DNA from: Balanoglossus misakiensis
Lineage: Eukaryota; Animalia; Hemichordata
Assembly: GCA_040954595.2 (NCBI GenBank)
Contig: CM082582.2
Span: forward strand, 13,937,381-14,001,380
DNA length: 64,000 nucleotides
Direction of reading: 5' to 3'
This document shows positions 25,201 through 40,100 of the stretch, one piece after another. The translations under genes and the position numbers were made by a program. The notes beneath the pieces are model-generated. The model saw only the letters and a program-made list of their open reading frames with translations, did no database searches and had not been told where the DNA came from. How positions within the stretch are numbered: the first letter of the stretch is position 1; each line of letters starts with the position of its first letter.

Positions 25201-26480
25201 GAAGTCGCCGGCAACTTTGCCCAGATTCACCGCGCCGTTACGACAGGAAGGCGCCGGCAACTTGGCCCGGATTCACAGGAAGTCACCATCAACTTGGCCC
25301 AGATTCACCGCGCCGTTACCACAGGAAATCGCCGGCAACTTGGCCCAGATTCACCGCGCCGTTATGACCGAAAGTCGCCGGCAACTTCGCCCGGATTCAC
25401 AGGAAGTCGCCATCAACTTGGCCCAGATTCACCGCGCCTTTACCACAGGAAGTCGCCGGCAAGTTGGCCCAGATTCACCGTGCCGTTACGACAGGAAGTC
25501 GCCGGCAACTTGGCCCAGATTCACCCCGCCGTTACCACCGGAAGTCGCCGGCAACTTGGCCCGGATTCACAGGAAGTCGCCATCAACTTGGCCCAGATTC
25601 ACCGCGCCGTTACCACAGGAAGTCGCCATCAACTTGGCCAAGATTCACAGGAAGTCGCCATCAACTTGGCCCAGATTCACCGCGCCGTTACCACAGGAAG
25701 TCGCCGGCAACTTGGCCAAGATTCACAGGAAGTCGCCATCAACTTGGCCCAGATTCACCCCGCCGTTACCACCGGAAGTCGCCATCAACTTGGCCAAGAT
25801 TCACAGGAAGTCGCCATCAACTTGGCCCAGATTCACCGCGCCGTTACCACAGGAAGTCGCCGGCAACTTGGTCCAGATTCACCACGCCATTACGACCGGA
25901 AGTCACCGGCATGTTGGCCCAGATTCACCGTGCCGTTACGACAGGAAGTCGCCGGCAACTTGGCCCAGATTCACCCCGCCGTTACCACCGGAAGTCGCCG
26001 GCAACTTGGCCCGGATTCACAGGAAGTCGCCATCAACTTGGCCCAGATTCACCGCGCCGTTACCACAGGAAGTCGCCATCAACTTGGCCAAGATTCACAG
26101 GAAGTCGCCATCAACTTGGCCCAGATTCACCGCGCCGTTACCACAGGAAGTCGCCGGCAACTTGGCCAAGATTCACAGGAAGTCGCCATCAACTTGGCCC
26201 AGATTCACCCCGCCGTTACCACCGGAAGTCGCCATCAACTTGGCCAAGATTCACAGGAAGTCGCCATCAACTTGGCCCAGATTCACCGCGCCGTTACCAC
26301 AGGAAGTCGCCGGCAACTTGGTCCAGATTCACCACGCCATTACGACCGGAAGTCACCGGCAAGTTGGCCCAGATTCACCGTGCCGTTACGACAGGAAGTC
26401 GCCGGCAACTTGGCCCAGATTCACCCCGCCGTTACCACCGGAAGTCGCCGGCAACTTGGCCCGGATTCACAGGAAGTAAC
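22260..26480 (+). repeat. 450-bp higher-order repeat domain (7x46 + 4x32 bp), in two patches
   Basis: Markers caagttggcc/catgttggcc at 25460, 25910, 26360 and 23471, 23921; diagnostic ccaagattcacagg and caccccgcc variants. Confidence 0.85.
24684..24707 (+). repeat. (TAACCC)4 telomeric insert in satellite
   Basis: caccgcgcc-(taaccc)4-caggaaatc. Confidence 0.95.
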
Positions 26481-27122
26481 CATCAACTTGGCCCAGATTC
26501 ACCGCGCCGTTACCACAGGAAATCGCCGGCAACTTGGCCCAGATTCACCGCGCCGTTACGACCGGAAGTCGCCGCAACTTGGCCCGGATTCACAGGAAGT
26601 CGCCATCAACTTGGCCCAGATTCACCGCGCCGTTACCACAGGAAGTCGCCGGCAACTTGGCCCAGATTCACCACGCCATTACGACCGGAAGTCGCGGGCA
26701 ACTTGGCCCAGATTCGCCGCGCCGTTATGACCGAAAGTCGCCGGCAACTTCGCCCGGATTCACCGCGCCGTTACGACCGGAAGTCGCCGCAACTTGGCCC
26801 GGATTCACCGCGCCGTTACCACCGGAAGTCGACGGCAACTTGGCCCAGATTCACCGCGCCGTTACGACCGGAAGTCGCCGGCAACTTTGCCCAGATTCAC
26901 CGCGCCGTTACGACAGGAAGTCGCCGGCAACTTGGCCTAGTTTCACCGCGCCGTTACCACCGGAAGTCGCCGGCAACTTGGCCCGGATTCAAAGGAAGTC
27001 GCCATCAACTTGGCCCAGATTCACCGCGCCGTTACCACAGGAAATCGCCGGCAACTTGGCCCAGATTCACCGCGCCGTTACGACAGGAAGTCGCCGGCAA
27101 CTTCGCCCGGATTCACCGCGCC

Positions 27123-27146
27123 TAACCCTAACCCTAACCCTAACCC
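27123..27146 (+). repeat. (TAACCC)4 telomeric insert in satellite
   Basis: Same flanks; 2439 bp after the first insert. Confidence 0.95.
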
Positions 27147-30100
27147 CAGGAAATCGCCGGCAACTTGGCCCAGATTCACCGCGCCGTTACGAAAGGAAGT
27201 CGCCGGCAACTTGGCCCAGATTCACCGCGCCGTTACGACAGGAAGTCGCCGGCAACTTGGCCCATAATCACCGCGCCGTTACCACCGGAAGTCGCCGGCA
27301 ACTTGGCCCAGATTCACCGTGCCGTTACGACCGGAAGTCGCCGCAACTTGGCCCGGATTAACAGGAAGTCTCCGGCAACTTGGCCCAGATTCACCGCGCC
27401 GTTACCACAGGAAGTCGCCGGCAACTTGGCCCAGATTCACCACGCCTTTACGACCGGAAGTCGCCGGCAACTTGGCCCAGATTCACCGCGCCGTTATGAC
27501 CGAAAGTCGCCAGAAACTTCGCCCGGATTCACCGCGCCGTTACGACCGGAAGTCGCCGCAACTTGGCCCGGATTCACCGCGCCGTTACCACCGGAAGTCG
27601 ACGGCAACTTGGCCCAGATTCACCGCGCCGTTACGACCGGAAGTCGCCGGCAACTTTGCCCAGATTCACCGCGCCGTTACGACAGGAAGGCGCCGGCAAC
27701 TTGGCCCGGATTCACAGGAAGTCACCATCAACTTGGCCCAGATTCACCGCGCCGTTACCACAGGAAATCGCCGGCAACTTGGCCCAGATTCACCGCGCCG
27801 TTACCACCGGAAGTCGCCGGCAACTTGGCCCAGATTCACCGCGCCGTTACCACAGGAAGTTGCCGGCAACTTGGCCCAGATTCACCGTGCCGTTACGACC
27901 GGAAGTCGCCGCAACTTGGCCCGGATTAACAGGAAGTCTCCGGCAACTTGGCCCAGATTCACCGCGCCGTTACCACAGGAAGTCGCCGGCAACTTGGCCC
28001 AGATTCACCACGCCATTACGACCGGAAGTCGCCGGCAACTTGGCCCAGATTCACCGCGCCGTTATGACCGAAAGTCGCCAGAAACTTGGCCCAGATTCGC
28101 CGCGCCGTTATGACCGAAAGTCGCCGGCAACTTGGCCTAGTTTCACCGCGCCGATACCACCGGAAGGCGCCGGCAACTTGGCCCGGATTCACAGGAAGTC
28201 ACCATCAACTTGGCCCAGATTCACCGCGCCGTTACCACAGGAAATCGCCGGCAACTTGGCCCAGATTCACCGCGCCGTTACCACAGGAAATCGCCGGCAA
28301 CTTGGCCCAGATTCACCGCGCCGTTACGACCGGAAGTCGCCGCAACTTTGCCCGGATTCACAGGAAGTCGCCATCAACTTGGCCCAGATTCACCGCGCCG
28401 TTACCACAGGAAGTCGCCGGCAACTTGGCCCAGATTCACCGCGCCGTTACGACAGGAAGTCGCCGGCAACTTGGCCCATAATCACCGCGCCGTTACCACC
28501 GGAAGTCGCCGGCAACTTGGCCCAGATTCACCGCGCCGTTACCACAGGAAGTTGCCGGCAACTTGGCCCAGATTCACCGTGCCGTTACGACCGGAAGTCG
28601 CCGCAACTTGGCCCGGATTAACAGGAAGTCTCCGGCAACTTGGCCCAGATTCACCGCGCCGTTACCACAGGAAGTCGCCGGCAACTTGGCCCAGATTCAC
28701 CACGCCATTACGACCGGAAGTCGCCGGCAACTTGGCCCAGATTCACCGCGCCGTTATGACCGAAAGTCGCCAGAAACTTGGCCCAGATTCGCCGCGCCGT
28801 TATGACCGAAAGTCGCCGGCAACTTGGCCTAGTTTCACCACGCCGATACCACCGGAAGGCGCCGGCAACTTGGCCCGGATTCACAGGAAGTCACCATCAA
28901 CTTGGCCCAGATTCACCGTGCCGTTACCACAGGAAATCGCCGGCAACTTGGCCCAGATTCACCGCGCCGTTACCACAGGAAATCGCCGGCAAATTGGCCC
29001 AGATTCACCGCGCCGTTACGACCGGAAGTCGCCGCAACTTTGCCCGGATTCACAGGAAGTCGCCATCAACTTGGCCCAGATTCACCGCGCCGTTACGACA
29101 GGAAGTCGCCGGCAACTTGGCCCAGATTCACCGCGCCGTTACGACCGGAAGTCGCCGCAACTTTGCCCGGATTCACAGGAAGTCGCCATCAACTTGGCCC
29201 ATAATCACCGCGCCGTTACCACCGGAAGTCGCCGGCAACTTGGCCCAGATTCACTGCGCCGTTACCACAGGAAGTTGCCGGCAACTTGGCCCAGATTCAC
29301 CGTGCCGTTACGACCGGAAGTCGCCGCAACTTGGCCCGGATTAACAGGAAGTCTCCGGCAACTTGGCCCAGATTCACCGCGCCGTTACCACAGGAAGTCG
29401 CCGACAACTTGGCCCAGATTCACCACGCCATTACGACTGGAAGTCGCCGGCAACTTGGCCCAGATTCACCGCGCCGTTATGACCGAAAGTCGCCAGAAAC
29501 TTGGCCCAGATTCGCCGCGCCGTTATGACCGAAAGTCGCCGGCAACTTGGCCTAGTTTCACCGCGCCGATACCACCGGAAGGCGCCGGCAACTTGGCCCG
29601 GATTCACAGGAAGTCACCATCAACTTGGCCCAGATTCACCGCGCCGTTACCACAGGAAATCGCCGGCAACTTGGCCCAGATTCACCGCGCCGTTACCACA
29701 GGAAATCGCCGGCAACTTGGCCCAGATTCACCGCGCCGTTACGACCGGAAGTCGCCGCAACTTTGCCCGGATTCACAGGAAGTCGCCATCAACTTGGCCC
29801 AGATTCACCGCGCCGTTACGACAGGAAGTCGCCGGCAACTTGGCCCAGATTCACCGCGCCGTTACGACAGGAAGTCGCCGGCAACTTGGCCCATAATCAC
29901 CGCGCCGTTACCACCGGAAGTCGCCGGCAACTTGGCCCAGATTCACCGCGCCGTTACCACAGGAAGTTGCCGGCAACTTGGCCCAGATTCACCGTGCCGT
30001 TACGACCGGAAGTCGCCGCAACTTGGCCCGGATTAACAGGAAGTCTCCGGCAACTTGGCCCAGATTCACCGCGCCGTTACCACAGGAAGTCGCCGGCAAC

Positions 30101-33100
30101 TTGGCCCAGATTCACCACGCCATTACGACCGGAAGTCGCCGGCAACTTGGCCCAGATTCACCGCGCCGTTATGACCGAAAGTCGCCAGAAACTTGGCCCA
30201 GATTCGCCGCGCCGTTATGACCGAAAGTCGCCGGCAACTTGGCCTAGTTTCACCGCGCCGATACCACCGGAAGGCGCCGGCAACTTGGCCCGGATTCACA
30301 GGAAGTCACCATCAACTTGGCCCAGATTCACCGCGCCGTTACCACAGGAAATCGCCGGCAACTTGGCCCAGATTCACCGCGCCGTTACCACAGGAAATCG
30401 CCGGCAACTTGGCCCAGATTCACCGCGCCGTTACGACCGGAAGTCGCCGCAACTTTGCCCGGATTCACAGGAAGTCGCCATCAACTTGGCCCAGATTCAC
30501 CGCGCCGTTACGACAGGAAGTCGCCGGCAACTTGGCCCAGATTCACCGCGCCGTTACGACAGGAAGTCGCCGGCAACTTGGCCCATAATCACCGCGCCGT
30601 TACCACCGGAAGTCGCCGGCAACTTGGCCCAGATTCACCGCGCCGTTACCACAGGAAGTTGCCGGCAACTTGGCCCAGATTCACCGTGCCGTTACGACCG
30701 GAAGTCGCCGCAACTTGGCCCGGATTAACAGGAAGTCTCCGGCAACTTGGCCCAGATTCACCGCGCCGTTACCACAGGAAGTCGCCGGCAACTTGGCCCA
30801 GATTCACCACGCCATTACGACCGGAAGTCGCCGGCAACTTGGCCCAGATTCACCACGCCATTACGACCGGAAGTCGCCGGCAACTTGGCCCAGATTCACC
30901 GCGCCGCTACGACCGGAAGTCGCCGCAACTTTGCCCGGATTCACAGGAAGTCGCCATCAACTTGGCCCAGATTCACCGCGCCGTTACGACAGGAAGTCGC
31001 CGGCAACTTGGCCCAGATTCACCGCGCCGTTACGACAGGAAGTCGCCGGCAACTTGGCCCATAATCACCGCGCCGTTACCACCGGAAGTCGCCGGCAACT
31101 TGGCCCAGATTCACCGCGCCATTACGACAGGAAGTTGCCGGCAACTTGGCCCAGATTCACCGTGCCGTTACGACCGGAAGTCGCCGCAACTTGGCCCGGA
31201 TTAACAGGAAGTCTCCGGCAACTTGGCCCAGATTCACCGCGCCGTTACCACAGGAAGTCGCCGGCAACTTGGCCCAGATTCACCACGCCATTACGACCGG
31301 AAGTCGCCGGCAACTTGGCCCAGATTCACCGCGCCGTTATGACCGAAAGTCGCCAGAAACTTGGCCCAGATTCGCCGCGCCGTTATGACCGAAAGTCGCC
31401 GGCAACTTGGCCTAGTTTCACCGCGCTGATACCACCGGAAGGCGCCGGCAACTTGGCCTGGATTCACAGGAAGTCACCATCAACTTGGCCCAGATTCACC
31501 GCGCCGTTACCACAGGAAATCGCCGGCAACTTGGCCCAGATTCACCGCGCCGTTACCACAGGAAATCGCCGGCAACTTGGCCCAGATTCACCGCGCCGTT
31601 ACGACCGGAAGTCGCCGCAACTTTGCCCGGATTCACAGAAAAGTCGCCATCAACTTGGCCCAGATTCACCGCGCCGTTACGACAGGAAGTCGCCGGCAAC
31701 TTGGCCCAGATTCACCGCGCCGTTACCACAGGAAGTTTCCGGCAACTTGGCCCAGATTCACCGTGCCGTTACGACCGGAAGTCGCCGCAACTTGGCCCGG
31801 ATTAACAGGAAGTCTCCGGCAACTTGGCCCAGATTCACCGCGCCGTTACCACAGGAAGTCGCCGGCAACTTGGCCCAGATTCACCACGCCATTACGACCG
31901 GAAGTCGCCGGCAACTTGGCCCAGATTCACCGTGCCGTTACGACCGGAAGTCGCCGCAACTTGGCCCGGATTAACAGGAAGTCTCCGGCAACTTGGCCCA
32001 GATTCACCGCGCCGTTACCACAGGAAGTCGCCGGCAACTTGGCCCAGATTCACCACGCCATTACGACCGGAAGTCGCCGGCAACTTGGCCCAGATTCACC
32101 GCGCCGTTATGACCGAAAGTCGCCAGAAACTTGGCCCAGATTCGCCGCGCCGTTATGACCGAAAGTCGCCGGCAACTTGGCCTAGTTTCACCGCGCTGAT
32201 ACCACCGGAAGGCGCCGGCAACTTGGCCTGGATTCACAGGAAGTCACCATCAACTTGGCCCAGATTCACCGCGCCGTTACCACAGGAAATCGCCGGCAAC
32301 TTGGCCCAGATTCACCGCGCCGTTACCACAGGAAATCGCCGGCAACTTGGCCCAGATTCACCGCGCCGTTACGACCGGAAGTCGCCGCAACTTTGCCCGG
32401 ATTCACAGAAAAGTCGCCATCAACTTGGCCCAGATTCACCGCGCCGTTACGACAGGAAGTCGCCGGCAACTTGGCCCAGATTCACCGCGCCGTTACGACA
32501 GGAAGTCGCCGGCAACTTGGCCCATAATCACCGTGCCGTTACCACCGGAAGTCGCCGGCAACTTGGCCCAGATTCACCGCGCCGTTACCACAGGAAGTTT
32601 CCGGCAACTTGGCCCAGATTCACCGTGCTGTTACGACCGGAAGTCGCCGCAACTTGGCCCGGATTAACAGGAAGTCTCCGGCAACTTGGCCCAGATTCAC
32701 CGCGCCGTTACCACAGGAAGTCGCCGGCAACTTGGCCCAGATTCACCACGCCATTACGACCGGAAGTCGCCGGCAACTTGGCCCAGATTCACCGCGCCGT
32801 TATGACCGAAAGTCGCCAGAAACTTGGCCCAGATTCGCCGCGCCGTTATGACCGAAAGTCGCCGGCAACTTGGCCTAGTTTCACCGCGCCGATACCACCG
32901 GAAGGCGCCGGCAACTTGGCCCGGATTCACAGGAAGTCACCATCAACTTGGCCCAGATTCACCGCGCCGTTACCACAGGAAATCGCCGGCAACTTGGCCC
33001 AGATTCACCGCGCCGTTACCACAGGAAATCGCCGGCAACTTGGCCCAGATTCACCGCGCCGTTACGACCGGAAGTCGCCGCAACTTTGCCCGGATTCACA

Positions 33101-36100
33101 GGAAGTCGCCATCAACTTGGCCCAGATTCACCGCGCCGTTACGACAGGAAGTCGCCGGCAACTTGGCCCAGATTCACCGCGCCGTTACGACCGGAAGTCG
33201 CCGCAACTTTGCCCGGATTCACAGGAAGTCGCCATCAACTTGGCCCAGATTCACCGCGCCGTTACGACAGGAAGTCGCCGGCAACTTGGCCCAGATTCAC
33301 CGCGCCGTTACGACAGGAAGTCGCCGGCAACTTGGCCCATAATCACCGCGCCGTTACCACCGGAAGTCGCCGGCAACTTGGCCCAGATTCACCGCGCCGT
33401 TACCACAGGAAGTTGCCGGCAACTTGGCCCAGATTCACCGTGCCGTTACGACCGGAAGACGCCGCAACTTGGCCCGGATTAACAGGAAGTCTCCGGCAAC
33501 TTGGCCCAGATTCACCGCGCCGTTACCACAGGAAGTCGCCGGCAACTTGGCCCAGATTCACCACGCCATTACGACCGGAAGTCGCCGGCAACTTGGCCCA
33601 GATTCACCGCGCCGTTATGACCGAAAGTCGCCAGAAACTTGGCCCAGATTCGCCGCGCCGTTATGACCGGAAGTCGCCGGCAACTTGGCCCAGATTCACC
33701 GCGCCGCTACGACCGGAAGTCGCCGCAACTTTGCCCGGATTCACAGGAAGTCGCCATCAACTTGGCCCAGATTCACCGCGCCGTTACGACAGGAAGTCGC
33801 CGGCAACTTGGCCCAGATTCACCGCGCCGTTACGACAGGAAGTCGCCGGCAACTTGGCCCATAATCACCGCGCCGTTACCACCGGAAGTCGCCGGCAACT
33901 TGGCCCAGATTCACCGCGCCATTACGACAGGAAGTTGCCGGCAACTTGGCCCAGATTCACCGTGCCGTTACGACCGGAAGTCGCCGCAACTTGGCCCGGA
34001 TTAACAGGAAGTCTCCGGCAACTTGGCCCAGATTCACCGCGCCGTTACCACAGGAAGTCGCCGGCAACTTGGCCCAGATTCACCACGCCATTACGACCGG
34101 AAGTCGCCGGCAACTTGGCCCAGATTCACCGCGCCGTTATGACCGAAAGTCGCCAGAAACTTGGCCCAGATTCGCCGCGCCGTTATGACCGAAAGTCGCC
34201 GGCAACTTGGCCTAGTTTCACCGCGCTGATACCACCGGAAGGCGCCGGCAACTTGGCCTGGATTCACAGGAAGTCACCATCAACTTGGCCCAGATTCACC
34301 GCGCCGTTACCACAGGAAATCGCCGGCAACTTGGCCCAGATTCACCGCGCCGTTACCACAGGAAATCGCCGGCAACTTGGCCCAGATTCACCGCGCCGTT
34401 ACGACCGGAAGTCGCCGCAACTTTGCCCGGATTCACAGAAAAGTCGCCATCAACTTGGCCCAGATTCACCGCGCCGTTACGACAGGAAGTCGCCGGCAAC
34501 TTGGCCCAGATTCACCGCGCCGTTACGACAGGAAGTCGCCGGCAACTTGGCCCATAATCACCGTGCCGTTACCACCGGAAGTCGCCGGCAACTTGGCCCA
34601 GATTCACCGCGCCGTTACCACAGGAAGTTTCCGGCAACTTGGCCCAGATTCACCGTGCCGTTACGACCGGAAGTCGCCGCAACTTGGCCCGGATTAACAG
34701 GAAGTCTCCGGCAACTTGGCCCAGATTCACCGCGCCGTTACCACAGGAAGTCGCCGGCAACTTGGCCCAGATTCACCACGCCATTACGACCGGAAGTCGC
34801 CGGCAACTTGGCCCAGATTCACCGCGCCGTTATGACCGAAAGTCGCCAGAAACTTGGCCCAGATTCGCCGCGCCGTTATGACCGAAAGTCGCCGGCAACT
34901 TGGCCTAGTTTCACCGCGCCGATACCACCGGAAGGCGCCGGCAACTTGGCCCGGATTCACAGGAAGTCACCATCAACTTGGCCCAGATTCACCGCGCCGT
35001 TACCACAGGAAATCGCCGGCAACTTGGCCCAGATTCACCGCGCCGTTACCACAGGAAATCGCCGGCAACTTGGCCCAGATTCACCGCGCCGTTACGACCG
35101 GAAGTCGCCGCAACTTTGCCCGGATTCACAGGAAGTCGCCATCAACTTGGCCCAGATTCACCGCGCCGTTACGACAGGAAGTCGCCGGCAACTTGGCCCA
35201 GATTCACCGCGCCGTTACGACCGGAAGTCGCCGCAACTTTGCCCGGATTCACAGGAAGTCGCCATCAACTTGGCCCAGATTCACCGCGCCGTTACGACAG
35301 GAAGTCGCCGGCAACTTGGCCCAGATTCACCGCGCCGTTACGACAGGAAGTCGCCGGCAGCTTGGCCCATAATCACCGCGCCGTTACCACCGGAAGTCGC
35401 CGGCAACTTGGCCCAGATTCACCGCGCCGTTACCACAGGAAGTTGCCGGCAACTTGGCCCAGATTCACCGTGCCGTTACGACCGGAAGACGCCGCAACTT
35501 GGCCCGGATTAACAGGAAGTCTCCGGCAACTTGGCCCAGATTCACCGCGCCGTTACCACAGGAAGTCGCCGGCAACTTGGCCCAGATTCACCACGCCATT
35601 ACGACCGGAAGTCGCCGGCAACTTGGCCCAGATTCACCGCGCCGTTATGACCGAAAGTCGCCAGAAACTTGGCCCAGATTCGCCGCGCCGTTATGACCGA
35701 AAGTCGCCGGCAACTTGGCCTAGTTTCACCGCGCCGATACCACCGGAAGGCGCCGGCAACTTGGCCCGGATTCACAGGAAGTCACCATCAACTTGGCCCA
35801 AATTCACCGCGCCGTTACCACAGGAAATCGCCGGCAACTTGGCCCAGATTCACCGCGCCGTTACCACAGGAAATCGCCGGCAACTTGGCCCAGATTCACC
35901 GCGCCGTTACGACCGGAAGTCGCCGCAACTTTGCCCGGATTCACAGGAAGTCGCCATCAACTTGGCCCAGATTCACCGCGCCGTTACGACAGGAAGTCGC
36001 CGGCAACTTGGCCCAGATTCACCGCGCCGTTACGACAGGAAGTCGCCGGCAACTTGGCCCATAATCACCGCGCCGTTACCACCGGAAGTCGCCGGAAACT

Positions 36101-37073
36101 TGGCCCAGATTCACCGCGCCGTTACCACAGGAAGTTGCCGGCAACTTGGCCCAGATTCACCGTGCCGTTACGACCGGAAGTCACCGCAACTTGGCCCGGA
36201 TTAACAGGAAGTCTCCGGCAACTTGGCCCAGATTCACCGCGCCGTTACCACAGGAAGTCGCCGGCAACTTGGCCCAGATTCACCACGCCATTACGACCGG
36301 AAGTCGCCGGCAACTTGGCCCAGATTCACCGCGCCAGTATGACCGAAAGTCGCCAGAAACTTGGCCCAGATTCGCCGCGCCGTTATGACCGAAAGTCACC
36401 GGCAACTTGGCCTAGTTTCACCGCGCCGATACCACCGGAAGGCGCCGGCAACTTGGCCCGGATTCACAGGAAGTCACCATCAACTTGGCCCAGATTCACC
36501 GCGCCGTTACCACAGGAAATCGCCGGCAACTTGGCCCAGATTCACTGCGCCGTTACCACAGGAAATCGCCGGCAACTTGGCCCAGATTCACCGCGCCGTT
36601 ACGACCGGAAGTCGCCGCAACTTTGCCCGGATTCACAGGAAGTCGCCATCAACTTGGCCCAGATTCACCGCGCTGTTTCGACAGGAAGTCGCCGGCAACT
36701 TGGCCCAGATTCACCGCGCCGTTACGACAGGAAGTCGCCGGCAACTTGGCCCATAATCACCGCGCCGTTACCACCGGAAGTCGCCGGCAACTTGGCCCAG
36801 ATTCACCGCGCCGTTACCACAGGAAGTTGCCGGCAACTTGGCCCAGATTCACCGTGCCGTTACGACCGGAAGTCGCCGCAACTTGGCCCGGATTAACAGG
36901 AAGTCTCCGGAAACTTGGCCCAGATTCACCACGCCATTACGACCGGAAGTCGCCGGCAACTTGGCCCAGATTCACCGCGCCGTTATGACCGAAAGTCGCC
37001 AGAAACTTGGCCCAGATTCGCCGCGCCGTTATGACCGAAAGTCGCCGGCAACTTCGCCCGGATTCACCGCGCC

Positions 37074-37115
37074 TAACCCTAACCCTAACCCTAACCCTAA
37101 CCCTAACCCTAACCC
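37074..37115 (+). repeat. (TAACCC)7 telomeric insert in satellite
   Basis: Same flanks. Confidence 0.95.
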
Positions 37116-40100
37116 CAGGAAATCGCCGGCAACTTGGCCCAGATTCACCGCGCCGTTACGACAGGAAGTCGCCGGCAACTTGGCCCAGATTCACCGCGCC
37201 GTTACGACAGGAAGTCGCCGGCAACTTGGCCCAGATTCACCGCGCCGTTACGACAGGAAGTCGCCGGCAACTTGGCCCAGATTCACCGTGCCGTTACGAC
37301 CGGAAGTCGCCGCAACTTGGCCCGGATTAACAGGAAGTCTCCGGCAACTTGGCCCAGATTCACCGCGCCGTTACCACAGGAAGTCGCCGGCAACTTGGCC
37401 CAGATTCACCACGCCTTTACGACCGGAAGTCACCGCAAACTTGGCAAAGATTCACCGCGCCGTTATGACCGAAAGTCGCCGGCAACTTTGCCCAGATTCA
37501 CCGCGCCGTTACGACAGGAAGTCGCCGGCAACTTGGCCTAGTTTCACCGCGCCGATACCACCGGAAGGCGCCGGCAACTTGGCCCAGATTCACCGCGCCG
37601 TTACCACAGGAAATCGCCGGCAACTTGGCCCAGATTCACCGCGCCGTTACCACAGGAAATCGCCGGCAACTTGGCCCAGATTCACCGCGCCGTTACGACC
37701 GGAAGTCGCCGCAACTTTGCCCGGATTCACAGGAAGTCGCCATCAACTTGGCCCAGATTCACCGCGCCGTTACCACAGGAAGTCGCCGGCAACTTGGCCC
37801 AGATTCACCGCGCCGTTACGACAGGAAGTCGCCGGCAACTTGGCCCATAATCACCGCGCCGTTACCACCGGAAGTCGCCGGCAACTTGGCCCAGATTCAC
37901 CGCGCCATTACGACAGGAAGTTGCCGGCAACTTGGCCCAGATTCACCGTGCCGTTACGACCGGAAGTCGCCGCAACTTGGCCCGGATTAACAGGAAGTCT
38001 CCGGCAACTTGGCCCAGATTCACCGCGCCGTTACCACAGGAAGTCGCCGGCAACTTGGCCCAGATTCACCACGCCATTACGACCGGAAGTCGCCGGCAAC
38101 TTGGCCCAGATTCACCGCGCCGTTATGACCGAAAGTCGCCAGAAACTTGGCCCAGATTCGCCGCGCCGTTATGACCGAAAGTCGCCGGCAACTTGGCCTA
38201 GTTTCACCGCGCCGATACCACCGGAAGGCGCCGGCAACTTGGCCCGGATTCACAGGAAGTCACCATCAACTTGGCCCAGATTCACCGCGCCGTTACCACA
38301 GGAAATCGCCGGCAACTTGGCCCAGATTCACCGCGCCGTTACCACAGGAAATCGCCGGCAACTTGGCCCGGATTCACCGCGCCGTTACGACCGGAAGTCG
38401 CCGCAACTTTGCCCGGATTCACAGAAAAGTCGCCATCAACTTGGCCCAGATTCACCGCGCCGTTACGACAGGAAGTCGCCGGCAACTTGGCCCAGATTCA
38501 CCGCGCCGTTACGACAGGAAGTCGCCGGCAACTTGGCCCATAATCACCGCGCCGTTACCACCGGAAGTCGCCGGCAACTTGGCCCAGATTCACCGCGCCG
38601 TTACCACAGGAAGTTTCCGGCAACTTGGCCCAGATTCACCGTGCCGTTACGACCGGAAGTCGCCGCAACTTGGCCCGGATTAACAGGAAGTCTCCGGCAA
38701 CTTGGCCCAGATTCACCGCGCCGTTACCACAGGAAGTCGCCGGCAACTTGGCCCAGATTCACCACGCCATTACGACCGGAAGTCGCCGGCAACTTGGCCC
38801 AGATTCACCGCGCCGTTATGACCGAAAGTCGCCAGAAACTTGGCCCAGATTCGCCGCGCCGTTATGACCGAAAGTCGCCGGCAACTTGGCCTAGTTTCAC
38901 CGCGCCGATACCACCGGAAGGCGCCGGCAACTTGGCCCGGATTCACAGGAAGTCACCATCAACTTGGCCCAGATTCACCGCGCCGTTACCACAGGAAATC
39001 GCCGGCAACTTGGCCCAGATTCACCGCGCCGTTACCACAGGAAATCGCCGGCAACTTGGCCCAGATTCACCGCGCCGTTACGACCGGAAGTCGCCGCAAC
39101 TTTGCCCGGATTCACAGGAAGTCGCCATCAACTTGGCCCAGATTCACCGCGCCGTTACGACAGGAAGTCGCCGGCAACTTGGCCCATAATCACCGCGCCG
39201 TTACCACCGGAAGTCGCCGGCAACTTGGCCCAGATTCACCGCGCCGTTACCACAGGAAGTTGCCGGCAACTTGGCCCAGATTCACCGTGCCGTTACGACC
39301 GGAAGACGCCGCAACTTGGCCCGGATTAACAGGAAGTCTCCGGCAACTTGGCCCAGATTCACCGCGCCGTTACCACAGGAAGTCGCCGGCAACTTGGCCC
39401 AGATTCACCACGCCATTACGACCGGAAGTCGCCGGCAACTTGGCCCAGATTCACCGCGCCGTTATGACCGAAAGTCGCCAGAAACTTGGCCCAGATTCGC
39501 CGCGCCGTTATGACCGAAAGTCGCCGGCAACTTGGCCTAGTTTCACCGCGCCGATACCACCGGAAGGCGCCGGCAACTTGGCCCGGATTCACAGGAAGTC
39601 ACCATCAACTTGGCCCAGATTCACCGCGCCGTTACGACAGGAAGTCGCCGGCAACTTGGCCCAGATTCACCGCGCCGTTACGACCGGAAGTCGCCGCAAC
39701 TTTGCCCGGATTCACAGGAAGTCGCCATCAACTTGGCCCAGATTCACCGCGCCGTTACGACAGGAAGTCGCCGGCAACTTGGCCCAGATTCACCGCGCCG
39801 TTACGACCGGAAGTCGCCGCAACTTTGCCCGGATTCACAGGAAGTCGCCATCAACTTGGCCCAGATTCACCGCGCCGTTACGACAGGAAGTCGCCGGCAA
39901 CTTGTCCCAGATTCACCGCGCCGTTACGACAGGAAGTCGCCGGCAACTTGGCCCATAATCACCGCGCCGTTACCACCGGAAGTCGCCGGCAACTTGGCCC
40001 AGATTCACCGCGCCGTTACCACAGGAAGTTGCCGGCAACTTGGCCCAGATTCACCGTGCCGTTACGACCGGAAGTCGCCGCAACTTGGCCCGGATTAACA